This document shows positions 59,791 through 64,000 of a DNA stretch of 64,000 nt, piece after piece. The notes under the pieces are model-generated. The model was not told the DNA's origin. It searched no databases and saw nothing but the letters and a program-made list of their open reading frames with translations. Source of the stretch: Roseibacillus sp. (GTDB taxonomy: Bacteria; Verrucomicrobiota; Verrucomicrobiia; Verrucomicrobiales; Akkermansiaceae); assembly GCA_051251855.1 (NCBI GenBank), contig JBPOGI010000001.1, positions 704,001-768,000 of the forward strand, in the 5' to 3' direction. Positions within the stretch are counted from its first letter, which is position 1; each line of letters starts with the position of its first letter. A program made the translations under genes and the position numbers.

Positions 59791-60708
59791 CTAGTCGACG
59801 CTGACTCCAAGAATGTCCAGGATGCGAGAGAGGTCTTCGTTACCGTAGTATTCGATCTCGATTCGTCCCTTCTTTGCGCCTGGAGTGATGGCTACTTGAG
59901 TCGCAAGCTTAGAGCGGAGTCGAGATTGTATCTGCCGATAAAGAGCGGCCGCTTCAGGAGTGACTTCGTTTTTGCTACGTGCTTTGCGTTGTTCTCCTTT
60001 GGTGTCGCGATGGAAATCTTGGATGAACTTTTCAGTAGCGCGGACGGTGAGCTTACGGCGGATGATCTCTTGAGAGGCCACTTTTTGCGCCTTGCCGTCT
60101 TTGATGGAAAGGATGGCCTTGGCATGACCGACGGAAATGATTCCTTGGGCTACGAGAGGTTGGACGTCCTTATGAAGGTCGAGCAAGCGCATCGAGTTTG
60201 CAACAGAGGCGCGGGACTTACCGACAGTCTTGGCGATTTCTTCTTGCTTGAGACCAAACTCGCGGGCGAGGCGAACATAGCCTTGAGCCTCTTCCATGGG
60301 ATTGAGGTCGGCGCGTTGAAGGTTCTCGATGAGAGCCATCTCCAAGACCTCGCGGTCAGTGGCGTCGCGCTCGATGATGGGGACTGTTTTAAGTCCTATC
60401 TTCTTGGAAGCTCTCCAGCGGCGTTCACCTGCAATGAGCTCAAGCTCGCCATCGACGGGGCGAACAATGAGAGGCTGGATGATGCCGTGGTGTCGAATCG
60501 ACTCCATGAGTTCATCGAGCTCGCCCTCAACGAAATGCATTCGAGGTTGAAGGGGGGAGGGCCGCACCTTGGTGATGGCTACCTCACGAACCGAAGCTGT
60601 CGCATCAGAGGGCGTGGCAGCAGTTACAGGCTTACCATTTCCCGAGGCCTTGCCGCCTGAATTATTAATGAGAGCACCGAGGCCCTTTCCCAAAGCTTGT
60701 TTCGCCAT
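59791..60708 (-). CDS. parB: ParB/Spo0J chromosome partition protein
   Basis: ALGKGLGALI, QPR, GIIQPL, IAGERRWRA, ALIENLQRADLNPMEEA, GKSRASVAN. Confidence 0.95.
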   Translation of the reverse strand: MAKQALGKGLGALINNSGGKASGNGKPVTAATPSDATASVREVAITKVRPSPLQPRMHFVEGELDELMESIRHHGIIQPLIVRPVDGELELIAGERRWRASKKIGLKTVPIIERDATDREVLEMALIENLQRADLNPMEEAQGYVRLAREFGLKQEEIAKTVGKSRASVANSMRLLDLHKDVQPLVAQGIISVGHAKAILSIKDGKAQKVASQEIIRRKLTVRATEKFIQDFHRDTKGEQRKARSKNEVTPEAAALYRQIQSRLRSKLATQVAITPGAKKGRIEIEYYGNEDLSRILDILGVSVD

Positions 60709-60821
60709 CTAGGTAAGCTTAGTGACAAATGGATGGGTCTTGGCAAAGCCGAAAATATTAAAAATTTATTCGGGACGAGCTTGCTTGACCTCTGCCTCAA
60801 AACGGTGCATTTCCTTGAGGG

Positions 60822-61445
60822 ATGCACACAAAAATCTTTTTCATCGCAGCGGCTCTTTGGGGGTATTCTGTGAGCCTGGCGCAAGTCGGAGGGGTAGAGA
60901 ATGCCGATGTTCTGGAGAAAGCAATTGAGCGTGAGGCAGTCCCCGCAGAGGTGTTGGCCGATGCGGTGAGGGCCACCCAAGAAGTGGGCGATCAAACGCT
61001 GAAGGGAGACTTCGTAGGAGTGGTTGAAAAACTTTATCCACGTTATCGGGATCGGGCTGCAAAACGGCTTGGCAGTAATCAGGCTTTGGCCGCGCAGATG
61101 GGTAAGTTAGTAGATGAATTTGCGGCTGGTGGGATGACGGTGACGAAGTTTGAGGCGGAGCCTGCGATTCATGGTTTTGATATTCCCGAGTTCCGAGAGT
61201 GGTTGGTCTTTGTTCCCTGCAAGCGAACGGTTCGTCGCATCGATCCCGATACGGGGCTGACTCAGTGGGTGGTGTTTAAAGACTACCAAGTGGCTGTTCG
61301 GAAGAAGGAGGTTGGCTCGGCATGGTCCTTCATCAATGGTTCTCGGCTTAAAATTCCTGAATTGCGCACATTCTTTCCGAGCCTTCCGAATGATATTGAG
61401 GAGTATGCCGTGCCAGCGATCGGGGGCGAACTCTTGAAGAAGTAG
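60822..61445 (+). CDS. Secreted hypothetical protein
   Basis: Signal peptide ending SLA-Q; 207 aa; fills gap between parB and SET gene. Confidence 0.7.
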   Translation: MHTKIFFIAAALWGYSVSLAQVGGVENADVLEKAIEREAVPAEVLADAVRATQEVGDQTLKGDFVGVVEKLYPRYRDRAAKRLGSNQALAAQMGKLVDEFAAGGMTVTKFEAEPAIHGFDIPEFREWLVFVPCKRTVRRIDPDTGLTQWVVFKDYQVAVRKKEVGSAWSFINGSRLKIPELRTFFPSLPNDIEEYAVPAIGGELLKK

Positions 61446-61528
61446 TTAGCGTTCTTGTTACGGACGTTCTTAATGCTCGCTCTGAGCCGTGTTTGCGAGA
61501 AAGTCGGCCCTGTTCATCATCACTAGCT

Positions 61529-62107
61529 ATGCCGAAGTCTGATAAGAAGAAGCAAAAATCTTACGAAAAAGCACGTGCTGCTCTCCGTCGCGTTGAGAAG
61601 CTGAAGAAGCGTGGCCAGAGCAAATGGATTGAGGTCCGTGGTTCTGAGATTCATGGCCAAGGGGTCTATGCCGCCTGTGACATCCCCGAAGACACCGAGG
61701 TGATCGAGTATGTGGGCGAGCCTATCGATAAGGATGAAAGCGAGCGTCGGGCTTGGGCTCAGATGGCGAAAGCGGAAGAGGATGGAGACGCGGCGGTCTA
61801 CATCTTTACCTTGAATGATGATTGGGACTTAGATGGCAGTGTGGATTGGAACACGGCACGTCTGATCAATCATTCCTGCGACCCTAATTGTGTGGCCTAT
61901 ACTGAAGAGGGAGAAGACGAGGACCGTATCGTGATTTATGCCTTGCGGGATATTGAGGCGGGTGAGGAGATGAGCTTCGACTATGGCTTTGACCTCGAGT
62001 GTTACGAAGACCATCCTTGTCGCTGTGGTTCAGCAAACTGCATAGGCTACATTGTAAGCCAAGAACAGTGGCCGGAATTGAGAAAACTCCTCAAGAAAAA
62101 GGCCTGA
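61529..62107 (+). CDS. SET domain protein-lysine methyltransferase with post-SET
   Basis: SEIHGQGVYA, VIEYVGE, ARLINHSCDPNC, GEEMSFDY, CRCGSANCIG. Confidence 0.93.
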   Translation: MPKSDKKKQKSYEKARAALRRVEKLKKRGQSKWIEVRGSEIHGQGVYAACDIPEDTEVIEYVGEPIDKDESERRAWAQMAKAEEDGDAAVYIFTLNDDWDLDGSVDWNTARLINHSCDPNCVAYTEEGEDEDRIVIYALRDIEAGEEMSFDYGFDLECYEDHPCRCGSANCIGYIVSQEQWPELRKLLKKKA

Positions 62108-62129
62108 GCAGAATCGCTTTATTTGATCT

Positions 62130-63218
62130 ATGAAACTTCTTTCGACCTCTCTCACTCTCTTCTTTCTCGTTGTAGCAGTCCTTCCTACTTGTGCCGATGA
62201 GGCCGGCGCAAAGCGAGTTGTCGACAATTATAAGCAGGAGGTATCCACTTGGGTCGCCAAGTTAAATGCAGCTCCTGGGGTAGAGGCCAGACGAGAACTC
62301 TGGGCCGAGGCTCCTGATGCTAATGAGTTTGGCGAGAGTCTACTTGGGCAGATCGATGGAGCTTGGAACAAGGACTGGTTCCTTGATTACGCGCCGACGC
62401 TTTTGAATTTGGCGCCGGACTATTCGGTGAAGGCTGTCGGAAACCGGGGAGGAAGAACGCCTCTGTCCGCGATTCGTGAGTCGGCTGAGCGTTTTCATTT
62501 TGAGAGCAGTAAGATTGGCCCTCTCTGTCTGGCTCTTGTGATTGATACCGGCCCAAAGAACCGTGCATTCATTGAAAAGGTGGAGGCGACCCACCCGGAC
62601 AAGAAGGTGCAGGGACAAGCGGCGATGGCTCTAGCGCTCTTATCGAAAGCCCTGGGCGATGGTGGCAATGTGGCCCAGTTTAAGGAGCAGCGGCTCAACT
62701 GGGTGCGGAAGGCGATTATTGAAGCGGCTGATGTGGTGGTGGGGCAAACGACGGTTGGCGAGATGGCAGAGGACTTTTTGTTTGCAGCGGTCAATTTGGA
62801 GAAAGGGATGCAGGCGCCAGATATTCTCGGTTGGAATGCCCAGGAGCAGGCCATGCGTTTGAGTGATTTCAAAAAGAAACCGGTGATGATTGTCTTTTGG
62901 CATAGCCGGATGCAGGCCTCGGAAGAGACCATGACTTTTCTACGGAAGGTGGAGGATCGTTTAGGGAAACGAGGACTGGTGATTTTGGGAGTTGCAAGTG
63001 AGAGCCGAGAGTCCTTACGCGGGATGGTGAAAGAGGGGTCGGTCACTTGGAAGAACTGGCTCGATCAGGAGGGCAAGATTGCGAAGTTGTATCAGGTCAA
63101 TAGCTATCCAGCCTGTTGGGTATTGGATGCTGAGGGGAAGGTGCAGTTTCAGGGGGTGCCAGGTGCTTTCGCAGAATTGACGGCAGAGGCTCTGGTGAAA
63201 GAACTCGAGAAGAAGTAG
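62130..63218 (+). CDS. Secreted helical + redoxin (TlpA-like) domain protein lacking CxxC
   Basis: Signal peptide; GMQAPDI, LSDFKKKPVMIVFW, ILGV, YQVNSYP. Confidence 0.75.
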   Translation: MKLLSTSLTLFFLVVAVLPTCADEAGAKRVVDNYKQEVSTWVAKLNAAPGVEARRELWAEAPDANEFGESLLGQIDGAWNKDWFLDYAPTLLNLAPDYSVKAVGNRGGRTPLSAIRESAERFHFESSKIGPLCLALVIDTGPKNRAFIEKVEATHPDKKVQGQAAMALALLSKALGDGGNVAQFKEQRLNWVRKAIIEAADVVVGQTTVGEMAEDFLFAAVNLEKGMQAPDILGWNAQEQAMRLSDFKKKPVMIVFWHSRMQASEETMTFLRKVEDRLGKRGLVILGVASESRESLRGMVKEGSVTWKNWLDQEGKIAKLYQVNSYPACWVLDAEGKVQFQGVPGAFAELTAEALVKELEKK

Positions 63219-63272
63219 CAGGGAACAAAGCTGACACTTGCTTGCGAGGGGTGATTTGAGGACACTGCGCCT

Positions 63273-63638
63273 ATGCGTGCTCAACTCACTAAAGAATTCC
63301 GCTTCGAGGCGGCTCATACTTTGCCCAGCCTCCCGGAAGATCATAAATGTCGGCAAATGCACGGCCATTCCTTCAAGATCGACATCTCGGTGGAAGGGGA
63401 AGTGAACGAGGAGATTGGGTGGGTCTATGATCACAAGCGGATCTCAGACGCGATGAATCCTTTGTTGGAACTGCTGGATCACGGATATCTCAATGATATT
63501 GCGGGGCTAGAAAGTCCTACCATCGAGAGAATGGCGGGGTGGTTTTGGAAAAAGTTAGAACCCGATTTACCGGGGCTTTGTGAGATTGTGATCTACGAAA
63601 CCCCTACTGCGCGGTGTGTTTTTCGGGGTCGATTTTAG
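63273..63638 (+). CDS. queD: 6-carboxytetrahydropterin synthase
   Basis: FEAAH, CRQMHGHS, LDHGYLND, PTIE, ETP. Confidence 0.95.
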   Translation: MRAQLTKEFRFEAAHTLPSLPEDHKCRQMHGHSFKIDISVEGEVNEEIGWVYDHKRISDAMNPLLELLDHGYLNDIAGLESPTIERMAGWFWKKLEPDLPGLCEIVIYETPTARCVFRGRF

Positions 63639-63699
63639 GGGGAGAGCCTAGTGCTGAAGGGTGTCTTACGTTTGAGGCTTAAAGGGAATGGCACGAGCT

Positions 63700-64000
63700 T
63701 AGGACAGTTACTGGTCCGAAGCGCGAGTTTGTATCGAAGGTGAGGGCCGCAGGCTTGGGAGAGTGGCTTTGTAAGCCGCTAGGGTTGATCGCGATTCGGA
63801 AGGCTAGTGTCAAAGGCTACTGATTCAAGGATTCGAAGGTCAGCAGGCCTACCCTCACCTGACCAAGATTTAAGGTAGCGGCTTTAAAAGACCTCTCTCC
63901 CGATTGCTGCCGCAATATCTCGATCAATGCGCTTAAACTCGTACCATTCGGCTTAAGGGTTTGAAGTCGGAGCCATTATCTAACGGAATGGAGCTGGGAG
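63700..64000 (-). pseudogene. Possible decayed IS30-like transposase fragment
   Basis: No intact ORF; joining frames gives LQTLKPNGT/EF...DIAAAIGREVF*...SW, loosely like the IS30 T.DNG.EF...F...SW block. Confidence 0.2.

Noticed and set aside
59791..60821. parS site near parB
   Set aside because: No GTTTCACGTGAAAC-like palindrome seen by eye; the scan was not exhaustive.
63638..64000. tmRNA, RNase P or rRNA at window end
   Set aside because: No conserved hallmark sequences recognised.

Overview
A 64-kb, gene-dense bacterial chromosomal segment, most likely from Verrucomicrobiota (Verrucomicrobiales-like). That assignment is inferred from a PEP-CTERM protein, a eukaryote-type HisA, PVC-type CxxCH proteins, a sulfatase/FGE pair, a CotH-lamin-tail protein and a GntR-HTH/sugar-binding hybrid regulator. 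About 52 CDSs are supported. Housekeeping genes include lptF/G-like, miaA, leuB, tsaD, aroC, adk, fmt, hom, rpsU, dinB, xerC, hisA, parB and queD. A carbohydrate-related block (5.8-22 kb) holds a sulfatase, a propeller-cytochrome c protein, an oxidoreductase/TIM-barrel/DHDPS-like triad with a PAS-AraC regulator, and a secreted-protein cluster (sialate O-acetylesterase-type, LamG, PEP-CTERM) with a divergent regulator. Most notable observations: (1) an unassigned ~190-aa domain present three times across two adjacent secreted proteins; (2) an ADP-ribosylglycohydrolase fused to an alpha/beta hydrolase; (3) a shared C-terminal putative sorting domain on three secreted proteins; (4) several REP/REPIN-like palindromic families, one nested and one supplying the aroC stop codon; (5) widespread promoter-like -10 boxes 5-7 nt upstream of start codons, suggesting leaderless mRNAs; (6) an orphan ParA with a coupled disordered partner; (7) an AT-rich intergenic island with a perfect DnaA box. 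No rRNA, tRNA or CRISPR array was recognised. All product calls are by eye from motifs; no database searches were run.
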